Source: Bigelowiella natans CCMP2755 (Eukaryota > Protista > Cercozoa). Taken from it: DNA of 59,463 nucleotides. Location: positions 1 through 59,463 of the forward strand of contig ADNK01002331.1 of the NCBI GenBank assembly GCA_000320545.1, in the 5' to 3' direction. Below the pieces are notes generated by a model. It ran no database searches and was not told the origin of the DNA. It saw only the letters and a program-made list of their open reading frames with translations. Made by a program: the position numbers and the translations under genes. Positions 1 through 13,349 of this stretch are shown piece after piece. Position 1 is the first letter of the stretch; each line of letters starts with the position of its first letter.

Positions 1-442
1 GAAAGAAACGTAAAGGAAACTACGGTGATTCGTGACCTGGGATGTAAAGAGACGTGACGAAAAACCACGCCTTGAGAAAAGTTGTCGAGAAGGGAATCAG
101 GTACCTTGCAAAGGAAAAAAAGAAAACGATTAAACAGAATTTTTGACAGATCAGCAAAAAGGAACAAAGTAAAAATATTTATTTACACGAAATAATGCAG
201 GGTGGCAGAAATGACTGTATTGAATTAAGCAATAATTAAGCCGGAGCATTAGAAATTAGTTAGTCTTGTTATCATCAAAAGTTGTAATAAATTTGTGATT
301 GTGATAGTAGTAGTAAAAGTATACCACCTTAAATACAGAGACGTTAGAGGCCCGTTGGAGCGGCTGAATAATTCTACCTGCTCTTCACCTGTTTCTGCAG
401 CTGCTGCTGCCGTTGTAATTGATGATTTCACTTCTTTGTCTT

Positions 443-1504
443 TTATCTCTTCTCTTCCTCCTCCTCCCACTGCTCGTTTTCTTTGTCGTAATCTTTCCAT
501 CCTGATGACATCTTGTCGTCGTCGCAGTTACTGCGGCTACTGCTTTCACTTCTCGGCTTGAATACAATAACAACTGGATTATTAATACTTCTTCTGCAAT
601 TATCGGTATTGCTGCTGCTATAGTTGTCATCGTAATCACTATAGGAGACAACAAACTTGAGCAACTCCAGAATTAATGTTTTTATGCCATCTGAAAGAGC
701 AGCTGCAGCTGCTGATACTACCATTGCTACTGCTGACATCCCCTCGACCCTTTCAGATCGTATTATGGTTTCTGCCTTTACTTCTAACGACTCTGCTTCT
801 TCTTCTTCTTCTTCTTCATCTGCTTCTTTCTGCTGCTGCTGCTGCATCATATCGTGATATTCTCTCAGATCGAAGTGGTACATAATAAGGAGCATACTGA
901 ATAGCGATACTCCGACAAGCATCCCAATCGATGCTGATCGAATACGACGATGCCTGCAATTTTATTCATTGTGCAATCAATGATGCCACGATTGTAAATG
1001 TTTGTTACCAAGACATTAACCACCAAAAGTACTACTTTTTCTTCGTTTTCATCGTTAATATTTATTGGTCGATTTCAATTTTCAACGAACTAGAAAGAAA
1101 TCTCTTCTTCGTTGATTGTTATGACAGTCAGTCAGTTATTTTGGATGATGATAATGTAATAAATACTAGGTGGATGGAATATTCTTGATAGGATGGATCT
1201 ATAATTTTTATCATCATCAACATACATTTTTTTATAACGCAGTTCAATAGCTCTATTCACTGTATACGGATCCTATAAAGAATATAAAAGTTAACAATAA
1301 TATGTGTGATCATGTAGAATTTGACAAAACGATCGATCAGGTTATTTGAAGAACAGTACTGAACAGTCCTTTTATGCTTGAATAAGTAATGTCATCATTA
1401 GTTCCAAGCAGGAAACAGAAGCGGGAAAGCATGGTGGAAGTATTGTTGTTCAGATCATAAATCTATCTTGAAGCGGTGTCTCTAGGAATATGCATATTTT
1501 ATAA

Positions 1505-1550
<46 letters not shown>

Positions 1551-1781
1551 CCAAGCAGTTGTTTCACAACCATGGATGGGGAGACTCCGATTGTACTTGT
1601 AGTCCGTGCCATGATTCGCACTTTCTCAATATCCTGTGAATCAAGTAAATAGAAAAACGAGATAACACTGGATATTAGGAAGAAACATATGTCTCTCTGC
1701 ATTATTTACCTCTGCAAAGCACAATACGCCTTCCTTTCGCATTTATATGTACTACCACTACTACTACCACTACTACCACAC

Positions 1782-1815
<34 letters not shown>

Positions 1816-2633
1816 CATTACTGCTACCATATTTTTGCTTCTCTATCCTCTACCCAACTATCTACAAGAAATAGCACCTACCTTGTTTGAGAGTCCCATT
1901 TCCTCTAATGGTACTTCCACCACCTGTATGCATCATGATAGATCAGAATAATAACAACAATCTTTATAATGATCCATCATCATCCCCTACCTTTTTCCAA
2001 TCATAGGAGATATTAATGGTAATCATTATCATCATCATCATCATTATTAGTAGTAGTCGTAGTCGTCGTCTACGTCGCATCGTCGCCGACTATCATCGTT
2101 AGAAAATATCAGTAGCTACCAAATTGTTAATGTTTCGCTATTTCAAAGAATATCAGGTTGCTATAATGTAAAGAAGTGGCTGCGTGGAGGCATGAAAGTA
2201 AGTACCTCATTCCTCTGCGAGAAGGGCACATACTTTCTTAGTTTAGACCAAAACTTTCTTCGAAAAATAAAGGCATTTTTCTGCAAAGCCACTCCCTTAT
2301 TTTGATACTTTCCTGCTCGCACAACAGTAACAGGAGCGGCCCGCCGCCATAGTATGGACATCGGCGGGCTACGAACGTAAAAGCAACCACCTGGAGGAGA
2401 GGAGAGTATGAGTGGAACGTAAAAGCAACCACCTGGAAGAGAGAGGAGAGTATGTGTGGATGGATGATGGTTAACAAACACTACTACAGCTGGATGATGA
2501 TGCGGCGAACAAGATGAATAAGTGGATGCATATTAAACGTAACTGTGGTGTTGATTCGATCACCACCACCAACAACAAGAAACACTTCCGAACTCACTTG
2601 TTTGAAAAGGGAGGGGGAGGAATGCTCGGATGT

Positions 2634-2715
<82 letters not shown>

Positions 2716-3043
2716 AGTAGAGAAGAAAGCGAGTAGAGGAGGAGGAGGAGGAAGAGGAAAACAACTCTGCGACAATAGTTTGGCACTATTATTCGTGTGT
2801 TTTCCAGTCCATTTCGTCATCGTCATCGGTCGTACGCGTAGGAAATGATCAAGTAAAAGATCGGTGGTCTGTCTACAGGCTCTGCACCTACCCACCCCAC
2901 CCACCCGCATCCACCACCTCGTTGAGCGAACACGCCACAACCACCAGTACCGCAGCAGACAGACAGACAGAAATCCACCACAGATAGGCAGGCACCAACA
3001 CACAACAATAATAATAACCCATGTTCCGCTGCCACCAATTCAT
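443..3043 (-). CDS. Hypothetical multi-exon protein, possibly with an N-terminal signal peptide (model uncertain)
   Basis: Candidate GT-AG exons splice in compatible phases: MNWWQRN...WISVCLSAAVLVVVACSLNEVVDAG (hydrophobic, ~2925-3043), GGCFYVRSPPMSILWRR...PFSQRNE (~2205-2390), VVEVPLEEMGLSNK (~1882-1923) and DIEKVRIMARTTSTIGVSPSM (~1571-1633). The 443-922 ORF has a hydrophobic stretch plus poly-Q/poly-E. Linkage between the last parts is unproven and no family was recognised. Confidence 0.3.
2373..2460. repeat. 42-bp-period tandem duplication spanning a minus-strand 3' splice site
   Basis: gaacgtaaaagcaaccacctgga...gaggagagtatg(a/t)gtgga starts at 2373 and again at 2415. On the minus strand each copy reads pyrimidine tract-CCAG|GTGGTTGCTTTTACGTTC. 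Confidence 0.9.
2632..2714. repeat. (TTG/CAA)n microsatellite, about 27 units
   Basis: Perfect trinucleotide run seen directly. Confidence 0.95.
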
Positions 3044-3073
3044 CACCGGTGATTTCAAGACTCGAAAGGTGGC

Positions 3074-3117
<44 letters not shown>

Positions 3118-3419
3118 CAGCAGCAGCAGCAGTAGTAGTGGCGGTGGTAGTAGTGGCGGTGGTAGTAGTGGTGATGGTGATAGTAGTAGTTGCAGTAGTA
3201 GTAGTAAATTGTAGTATGGGTACACACGATCTATGGTATTTGATGATAATCTTCGGATACAGATCATTTAAGTGGTGTTTGAAATACTACTCTTAGAGTG
3301 ATGTAATAATCGACTTACTGAAAAACTTCTAAAGATTTAATTTGCTTGCTGGACGTGAATAATCAGATGATTATTTCTTCATCTATCTCGTAGCTACTTA
3401 CTTCAAATACGAATTAGCA

Positions 3420-4500
3420 GGTCTTCTTGGAAGACAAAGTGTACGGATTGGCATTAGATGCTCTAACGAAAGCTTGCAGTGATATTCTGATTGTAATACA
3501 CATGTATATTATGGCAACACATTCTTGCAGGCTATTATCATCACTATATCACCTAAAGATGTTGATACTAAGCAATCAAATATACGAAAATTCAGCATCC
3601 CTACCACAATAAGCATGAGTATCTTTGTTACAGATTCATCACTTGATGCAACAGCAAGTATATACAAATTCATCGACAGTGCATTGTCCTCGTCGTCGTT
3701 GGCGTTGTCTAACTAGGTATCTCCTGATAAGACTATGGTTCTTCTGGGTATTATGACGACTTGAGTTTATTCTGAAAGACGACAACAACGACAAATACGA
3801 TGACGAAGAACAAAAAGAAGAACAAAAAAAAGTGCAATCATGACATTAAGTATACACTTGTTATTATGTAATCTAATCATCTTGTTAACATTTGAGAATT
3901 GTTGGTTTTCTGACAGGCAAACGAAAAGTGCATCCCCAACCAGACTGGTGGCTTGTAGGTGATGACAAACCTTGTTATTGGAAAAAAAAATGTAGCCACA
4001 GAAAATTCACACTTATGATATCGAGTCGCTACTACCGTATGATTAAGGTGGGAGAGGTCGGCCTGGGTTGTCTCCAAGTGAAGCAGCGGCTGCCAACACC
4101 AAAAGGGAACTTAAAATTGATGCAAATCCAGAGAGGTTCAAGGTTGTAGTAAGAGAAATAGTGTATTTGTTGTCGTCGTCTAGTAATCGTAGCTAGACGA
4201 ATGATTCACAAGTTATGGATGTAGTTGTTGTTGTTATTGTTAGTGTTATTGTTGTTGTTATTCTCGGAAAGAAACTATCTTCTTAGCTACATACATACTA
4301 GCGACAACAGCAGCAGCAATGACACAGCAATGACAGATTTAGTATAAGTATCGATAGGGGATTGATAATAATATAAGGAGAGGAGATCATGCCAGAGGGT
4401 TGGATCATGACATATGAAATACAAAGATGATGATAATGATGATGCCGACGATGACGTTGGTGATGGTGAACTACTCTGAGTGATTATGATATAAAACACT

Positions 4501-4537
<37 letters not shown>

Positions 4538-4550
4538 CACGCACACTCAC

Positions 4551-4598
<48 letters not shown>

Positions 4599-5524
4599 GT
4601 AAATTCTTATATTTATAATATATATTATACAATTAGGTCGTAGGAAGTTACAATTTAGTGTGGGAATTCCGCCAACAGAAACCAAAAAATAACGGGTAGA
4701 CAATGTAGTTTGATTGATGACTGCGATGCTGAAATGAGAGATAACACCAAGCCAAATGATGACAGTTTGACAATGTTATGTTATTATTTAGAGTGGAGAT
4801 AATTCTACTAAAGCACACTTTCCCCCCCCCTCATCAGAACTGCCGATATAAGCACAGTTCATTCGCTAGTACTCACAGAAGTAAGATACCTGATTAATCG
4901 AAATTAGCGACTCGCTAATCAATCATACATGAAAATAAAATGGTGATGGTGGTGATGCTAGGTGATGATGATGAAGAAGAAGAACACCTTTAGCTGCTGA
5001 TGATGAAGTTTCTTGCTGATTACTATTACCATCATTGTCAATATCATTATCATCATCAGCATCATCATCATCATCATCATCATCATCAGTATGGGTATGT
5101 ATACATGCGCGTCGTAGCAGCAGGAGGAAGGCCGCATATTCATGACTTTTTAGGTTTTGTAGTAATAATAACAATCAAATTATAAGACAGCAGACACTCC
5201 GCATCTCAGGAAGAGTTCAAGAGTAGCGAGACTAACATGTTTGAAAAACAAGAATACTCTGAGGTAAGTACCGCTTTAGAAACAACAGCAAGCAGTCGCT
5301 TATATCGAGTAACAACAACAACAACAAAAACAATGGTACTGGTAGGGATGAGGACGAAGAAAACGATGACAATTGATATCACCATTTTCTAGCATCTAAC
5401 AATACCCCTGGTTCTTCTCCTTCTGCTTCTTTATCAAGGTAAAATGGATCCTCATCAAAGACATTTTGAAAACAGAAGCCAGTATTTATTTCAGGTTGCT
5501 TCATCATCATAGCGAGCACATACT

Positions 5525-5556
<32 letters not shown>

Positions 5557-5748
5557 CTGCAAAAGCATAATAGTATAATGAATATAAAAAATTATGTAAA
5601 ATGATCTTATGTATCATGTATTCTGCATACAAGGATGCCGATTCTCTAATAAACAAAATAGTACATGATGCACAATACATATATGCGTCGTTCATTGGTA
5701 TTTACTGTTTTTTTTAGCAACTGTGATCTCCTCCCTTTTCATCATGTG

Positions 5749-5786
<38 letters not shown>

Positions 5787-6061
5787 TCCACAGCCCTGCA
5801 TTACGGCAGTTTGTGCATGACTTATGCAGTAGATTTAAGTATGAAGATCTTGCCAATGCTGTAAAGGTAGTAGTATTACAAAAATGCATTCCATCTTTTA
5901 TTATATGTTCTTCTCACAAATAGCGTGCTTATTTACTACTATATGTTAATTCTTTCTCTGTGTTGGTTCATGGCAACCTCATGATGATTCATAAATTTAA
6001 GAATCCAAATGCAAGCGATGAGGATGTTGGAAAACTTGCAAGAGAACTAATCAAGGTGTGA
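3420..6061 (+). CDS. Hypothetical multi-exon protein (5' end unresolved)
   Basis: AG/GT-bounded segments give protein-like peptides: VFLEDKVYGLALDALTKACSDILI (~3420-3492), VVGSYNLVWEFRQQKPKN (~4637-4694), TADISTVHSLVLTE (~4838-4880), PALRQFVHDLCSRFKYEDLANAVK (~5793-5866) and NPNASDEDVGKLARELIKV* (6002-6061). No family was recognised. Confidence 0.4.
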
Positions 6062-6559
6062 ACAACTGTTCCTTCCTACAGAAGAACAACCAGAATATAA
6101 TATGTATAATATAATATGTATACTCACGATGATTCTTCATTTTCAACCCCCGCCTACTGAATTGAATCAAATATCGTAACTAGATCGATCAACTTCAGAA
6201 TTTTTGAAACTACACACAACACGAATATATTTGCTAAATTCGCATTTTTGGTCGTTTCGGATTCTTAATATGTCGCAGTGGCACGGACCAGCAGAATCAT
6301 CGGCTACACAAGTTTACTTTGATGAATCTTCCCGTTCATACAAGATAAAATCATAACATAATACAGCTAGACAGTGTGCAACCATATTGATGCTACCAAG
6401 CTCTAATGCTTTCAATGCTTTCTTGTTAGTGATTTTTATCGTCATGGCATTGCGTAAAGCCTGCTGATGATTGTGCCCTTTAGATGTTTTCTTATCCTGT
6501 GCTAGTGTGGTAAATCGCATACAGCAAGGGACTCTCAAGGAAATCTATCAGGAATCACG

Positions 6560-7260
6560 TTGCTTTGATGCATGCATGAATGCGGTTTCAATGCATGATG
6601 ATGATGATGGCAAAGTCATGATCCACAAACAAGCTAGCTAGACCAATGAGATAGGCAAGTGCATCGCGATTGTTGCTTGACATGTTGGGAAATCACATAG
6701 CAACGTGTTGTTCACCTGCGCTGGGTCAGAAATTGCCAAATGCACAAGTTGCATTGTCTCTAGCTATGTAGGGCTAGCTAGCCATAGAGATGCAATGTGC
6801 TTCATCAAGCGCCAGCAGAATCATCATGGAATTGAGGAAGAATAACAACTACGACGTACACACAGATCGATGTCAACAGCAGCTGCGGTCTCTAGCTAGC
6901 TAGCTGTCAGCAGTGCATGCTATACGCATAAGGCTGGCATGCCTACGCAGTAGCACAGCTAGGTAGCCATTCAATCGAAGCATGCTAGCATGTCATAGCT
7001 AGATAGCTGATGTGCATGGCCATACTAGCATAGCTAGCTAGCAATGTGACATCTAGCTGCCCAATCTAGCTAGCTAGCTAGCAATCAATGGATGTGGTCT
7101 AACGCTAGAACGTACAGAAAATTTGAGTCAAGCCATGCTACAACCATTACTAGCAGCTAGCTAGATCTAGAGATCATAAGGCCATCTAGCCGTGTCGAGC
7201 TGCCGGGAACATTGCTAGATTATTTGGCGCAGGCTATTCTAATCTAGCAACAACGTGTGC
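6560..7260. repeat. Low-complexity TAGC/CTAG/ATGCAT-rich intergenic tract
   Basis: Many copies of ctagctagc, tagcta and atgcat; no long ORF; lies between two convergent gene ends. Confidence 0.7.
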
Positions 7261-7470
7261 GTGAAGGGGGGAAAAAATGGTGGAACTATTGCGACCGCAC
7301 ATAATAACAAGTACAAATTTCGACATCAATATGGGCGAATATGGGCGACAATCGAATGCAATTGCGTATCACAACGCCACAACGCGAACTTTTAACTGCA
7401 AGCACACGGGTTTAAACAGCAGTTCCGCTGTGCTATTATTATATCAAATTTAACAACATTAGAAACTACT

Positions 7471-9100
7471 CTAAGGGGTGAACTTGGTAGCAATGCCGTT
7501 GGTGAGACCGTTTACTCCAGCAGGGTCTGCGATGTGCTCAGCCCAGTTTTCAACAGGTCCCTTTCCGGTAGCGATAGCCTGAACGTAGAATCCGAGCATG
7601 GAGAACATAGCGAGACGACCGTTCTTGATCTCCTTGACCTTAAGTTCAGCGAAGGTATCTGGATCGTCAGCAAGTCCAAGAGGGTCGAAAGCTCCACCAG
7701 GGTTGATAGCATCAAGGCCTTCTCCAGCAGGACCTCCGTTCACACGGTAAGCTTCAGCTCCTCCCATAAGGATGACTTGGCAAGCAAGGATAGCAAGAAT
7801 CGACTGAGCGTGAACGAGGGAAGGGTTTCCAAGGTAGTCAAGTCCGCCTTCAGCGAAGATCTGGGATCCAGCCTTGAACCAAACAGGCTCAGCGATAGGA
7901 ACGCCAGAGTACTTTGCAAGAAGCTCAGGAGTCACGCATCCGAGTGCTCCAAGCATAGCCCAACGAGCGTGGATAACTTCGGTCTCACGGTAAGCAGCGA
8001 AGGTGTTTGGGTCAGCGGAAAGTCCCTGAGTATCCCATCCGTAGTCTCCAGGGAATTCACCGGTGAGGTAGGAAGGAACAGATCCCTCAGAGAAAGGGCC
8101 AAGCCAGAGAGCACGGTCAGGTCCGTACCATTCTTGATTGCACGAGCGAGCGAGGATGCCGTTGTTGGTCTGGGAACCGTGGATGCAAGCAACCTGCAGA
8201 ATCACAACAATTTTGGGGGGTAATCTGGTTAGTTACACACAAGTAGTAGTACCTACTACAGGTGAAGGAAAGTCTGTGAGATATTAGTGTGAAACATCTG
8301 TTTTTTTGTGAGATATGAGGTGTAACAACTGCATTTTAAAAGCAGCATTAGGCAGCAGCGGCAGCAGAGCAGCAGAAACCTGCTGGGCAATGGACTCCAC
8401 ATCTCCTCCAAGTTGATGAACAAGAGCTCCGGTTTGAACCTAATGATAGCAGCAGTAGCAGTGATAGTAGCACTTAGTAATACGGTGTTCATGGTGACTC
8501 AAAAGGATAAAAGATAGTACTAGTTCCATCACCAAAATACTCTACCATGACCCATGCCAAAAATGATTACGGACCAGGCAGAGACACGCAATACAACGAA
8601 TACACAGACTACCCAATACAGCGCACCGCAAGGCCACACTCTCTCATTACTAGTTACGGATGCGCGTATCCCTTCAATCACCATTTTCTACTACTACAAC
8701 TATGTATCGGACAACTATGTATCGGTTGTTCCTAAAATATTTATACGTACAAGGTTTTTGTAGAGGGTTGGGTTTGCAGATTTGATCTCGGTAACAAACT
8801 TTCCATCAGTAGGCTGAGCGTTCTTCTTCATGAATGAGACAGCCTGGAGACCTTGCTTAGAAACTGCATCAGCCATGTGGTTTACCATCGACCTCATTTG
8901 GGTCTTAGCAACCACAGCAGCACTCAGCTGAGGAGCAGCAGGGCTGGAACCTAAAAATAATCGCGGAGTTAGATCTGGGATTAAAAAAAACATACCTCAA
9001 AAAAGGGAAGAAATCTAGACTTACCGAAGGAGAGTCCGCAGATAGCTGCAAGGAGGGCGAAGTTCACAACAGCGGAAACCGCAATAATCCAGGTCTTCAT
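7471..9100 (-). CDS. Chlorophyll a/b-binding light-harvesting complex protein (LHCII-type) precursor with bipartite plastid presequence, 332 aa
   Basis: join(9100-9025, 8950-8751, 8193-7471) has GT-AG introns and consistent phases. It encodes signal peptide [26 protein letters not shown], a long transit-like region, then the canonical LHCII motifs [37 protein letters not shown] and [17 protein letters not shown]. Confidence 0.96.
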
Positions 9101-9850
9101 GATCTAAGGCGAGATAAAGTCTTTCATAAATGTGCTCTATGGAGAAGGAAAAAGCAAAAAAGGGGGGTGGGATTGAAGTGCAAACCGTGAGGAAGTGATT
9201 GAATTCTGACCTCTTGACACGTCTCGCCTAAAAGAGCAACTGGATGTAAATAACGGGATTTGTACCATTTTATCAAAATTAACCTGTATTTTTGTGTATT
9301 TTCTACCAAAATCAGGTATTTAAATGCGGAGAGCACGAGGGAATCAAGGGGATAAGAGCTGTCTGTTGTCTGTGTGCGCAGGTGTGTTGGTTGTCATGAT
9401 TAAATCACCGGTTTTTGACAGGTTAGTACCTGGTCAATAAACTACCAAGATTAAAATCCCGCCGGGATTTGTTTTTGCAGTGCTTCCGTCCATAGCAATA
9501 TTATCTTGTGCGACATCAATTTTGGATTGCCGTTGAAGGAATTTGGCACTAGTTCCTTTTGAACGGTGCAAAGTGTTGGCACAGTTTCTGGTAGTACCGT
9601 TGTCGTAGTATCATTTCAAGGGCCATTATTAATATTTTATAAAAGATTAATAGGTACGAAATGTGTGAGCATCATCATTTCCTGGTTTCCCTCTGCCCTC
9701 TGCTGGAGAAAGTGTGATCTATCTATCTACATTATATTCCCCCAACCCAAGTACTACTTGTACACAGGGAAACGATAAATCACCTTGCCTGCTACCTACC
9801 AGCAAACAGAACCACGCGTGTTATTAGTAGCTAAAGAAGCGCGCTCTTCT

Positions 9851-10523
9851 ATGGCAGACGAGAAAACCAGAATATCTGCGAAGACATATGAAGGTGAAAA
9901 GTTTAGGATGACACTGATGATTAATTAAGAAAATGCAGTTCTAATTATCTGTGGAAATTACTAGTTGAATTGCGAGATCTCTGGCCAAAGATATTCCTTG
10001 CTTTTGACTCCGACAACAGTGGATCGATCAACAGGGCCGAGGTTTAACCCATTGACTGACGTAGGGAAAATATCAGCTCATAAATTTTTATAATCTTGCT
10101 ATTTGGTCAAGCTGCTGAAGGTTGAAAGGCTGGGAAGTGCTCAGCAACTTGTAGTGAGATTGAGTAGTCGTCTCTTTTAAGTGGCTAATGCAATGTGGCT
10201 AATGTTCAGGTGAAACTCATGCAGGCAGCCGACGACAATAATGTGAATTTTAAATCATAAATGAGATGGGGAATCTCAATGAAATTTAGTTAGCGGACGC
10301 TGGATGTTGCAATACTCGTGAAAGATATGGGAAATTTCTTAGTTTTTTTAATAACCAGGATAATGAAATATCCATGGAAGAGTGGGCAGAAATGTTTGAC
10401 TCTCTATGTAAGAAGGTCAAAAATCTCAATCTTACTTGCGAAATATGAAGAAATTGTTGGTAATACTTTGTTGTAATACTATTCCAGATGGGAAAGCCGA
10501 ACAGGGAGACTTATTTAAAGTAA
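9851..10523 (+). CDS. Small two-EF-hand calcium-binding protein (~90-100 aa; absent from the ORF track because of micro-exons)
   Basis: Exons 9851-9893, 9965-10041, 10112-10150, 10210-10242, 10359-10415 and 10488 onward splice in frame to MADEKTRISAKTYEVELRDLWPKIFLAFDSDNSGSINRAELLKVERLGSAQQLVKLMQAADDNNDNEISMEEWAEMFDSLCKKMGKPNRETYLK. Two canonical 12-residue loops: DSDNSGSINRAE and DDNNDNEISMEE. The 3' end may extend through a further exon near 10593-10617. Confidence 0.85.
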
Positions 10524-11801
10524 TACTGTTGTCGTTACATACATAACTGTAATTGATAATCAATTTGAAATCTCGTTCTTGTTTAAATACAAGGTGCCTG
10601 AAAATGTACAACTCGTTGGTAAGTGCTTCTAATCATATTTGCGCATTACACATATCACCAACAATTTTATCCACCGATTACTAAAAGTTATAGAATTAAG
10701 TTAATACCATGTAAGCATTGGGGGTTGGACAGGCTTACATGAAATGAATTGCTGGCTAACTCCGCAAATGCGATGATATTTGTGTGCGTTGTAGACACAT
10801 GGAGGCGTTGATGGCAATGAATTGGAATGATATGTGGATTCTCATCATGACAGAAGAAAGAGTTGCTACTGACAAGCGTGAAATTTTTTCTCAACATCTG
10901 AACGGCACATTCATGGCGTTTAGCACAGTCCATCATGGATCTCATTACAATCATTTACAACACCTGTTGTTTGTTTGCGCCATGAACAATTTGAATATCA
11001 TAACGCTACGATGCAAATGCAGTCATCATGCATAGAACTAGATTAGTTCGCTACTCACAATGTGCTGGAACTGTTTCAATTCGAACAAGATGCCACCATT
11101 TGTGTTCGTAACACGCAATGCATGCACCTTCGATTCTGCTACGATACGCTGCGATAGTGTGCGCAGCTCAAAAATGCACGTTTAGATCTGTGAGCGCACG
11201 CAGGCAAAACTCATAGTTGTGTGTGCCATGGTGCGTGTGTGTCCCTACCTTGCATGTTGGTCTGACTTACAAATGAACTGCCCACAAACATGTTGACGTT
11301 TTGTACAACTACAAGGACGCAGTCGCTAAGTTTATCAATTTGCGCGCCGGTGCATAGCAAATGTATCTCCTCCAAGACTAGAGCCATGGAACTCACTTAG
11401 ATCGAAGTGCGGAGCAGAGTTCCTAGCTGATGCCTACTCACAACTAGACAATTGCGGTGCATTCATGCCGCCGACTGATCTAGCATACCAGGCTTTGCAA
11501 ACTAAGCTTGCATGGGTGCTTTTTGACGCAAAGAACTTGTACGTCAAGACACCTCGGGTAGAAATGCGTGTGAAATACAAAATGACTGTACGGACCAATT
11601 ATATCTTAGCGTATTCATCACTCATCGGAATTAGATTGCATTATTTTTTCCTCGTACATGCAAGCTATGGTGATTGGGTTATTACATAGCACGTCTAGAA
11701 GTGTGATTTAGGCATTGCTTATATCATGAACTATCTGTGACTTGGACGCCAGAATTATCGATTTAGGATAGAGAAACTGCTTGAATCATAGGCGTATAGA
11801 A

Positions 11802-11871
11802 CTACTGTGCTATATCCGAGAAAGTCGAGGGATCAAATCCATTAGCAAGCTTGTAAAGACCTTGCGTAATA

Positions 11872-11905
<34 letters not shown>

Positions 11906-12632
11906 ATGGGGTGTGTATGCGTGAATATGTACAAATTGCCTACCTATTCCTCCATATGTTGGTAGCAAGCATACCTTCCCAATCCCCTTATAACCCTTAT
12001 AACTATTAACCATCGGTACCTGTTGCTGGCCCGATGAAACGGAAAACAATCCATCCAACTATAACGCCCCCTGAAAATATATAAGATGGGATGAGGACTT
12101 GTGTGTGTATATGTGTGTGTATAAAGAGTGCAACGTGAGTGTATGATTGTCTTATCTAAACTTTTGGAGTAACTTTAAGATTCGTAATAATTGGTTGTGC
12201 AGTACTACGTATATTCTTGATATGATATGATGTAAAAACAATAATTGTTGTATAAATAAATATATAAAATAAATCAAATGATAAAGCCAAATATGACCAA
12301 GTCTATAACATATTAAATCTCTCCCACTTCACTAGTCTACTGAAAATGCTACTTAACTAATAATAATAATACCGGCGACGTAAAGGGAGATCTTGTTAAT
12401 CCAAAATAAGAAACCCCTCTTTCCCATGTATAAATTTACTGCCTGAAAGTAAGGCGTGAGAAGCACGTAGTTTTAGTCTATTAATATACGTAAGCAGCTG
12501 CAAGTAGTAGAGGGCTTGATGTAAGTATGTATGGATAAATGGATGATTGATGGATCAATGGCAGCGCTAACTATACTATCGGTCGCAAGAAGAAGTTTAA
12601 GAAGAAGAAGAAGAAGTGCGCTACTACAACTG

Positions 12633-12666
<34 letters not shown>

Positions 12667-13315
12667 GACTGTTGGTGTTACTAATCAGTATCATCAGCAC
12701 TTTCTCGTCTGCTACTACAACTACTCTACTACTGCTGATGTTGGTACATGTGTGGTGGGAAATAACATCAATAATAACAATAATAATGATAAAAATAATA
12801 GTACATAGAGTGATGATGACATGACTACTTACTACAGCGAGAATAATATGAGTTGGGGGGGTATGTATCAAAAATGGATTCCTCCTCCTCCTCTTCTTCT
12901 TCCTCCTCCTTCTTCTTCTTCTTCTACTACAACATACTTACTACTTACTACTTACTACTGTACGAATGATGCATGACCTTTGTACCCAAGTCCATCTCTT
13001 CAAAGCCTAAAGAAGAAGAAGAAGATGATGATGATGAGATCACTCTATTATTCAGATCACATCACAGTGAACGAATGGAATGGAATGTTGTATAAAACAT
13101 ATTTACTAGTAGTAGTAGTAGTAATCGGTTTAGTACATACCCGATAGAAGAAGATATTTGCTACTAGATTGTTTTTGAGCACAGCAGATGATATTTTGAG
13201 TCATCATGGATATTATTTAATGTATCATCGTACGTACTATCTGCTCATCGTGATATTATTAATTCAACCAAAGATGGTGACAGTACTACTACTACTACTA
13301 CTACTACTTCTAGTG

Positions 13316-13349
<34 letters not shown>

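Noticed and set aside
1689-3296. Homopolymeric ORFs (poly-L, -V, -C, -Q, -T)
   Set aside because: Translations of microsatellites, which are open in several frames.
7534-8223. 229-aa plus-strand ORF
   Set aside because: Antisense to the codon-biased LHC exon; no protein-like features.
8696-8725. 15-bp tandem duplication in LHC intron 2
   Set aside because: Real, but an ordinary slippage duplication away from splice sites.
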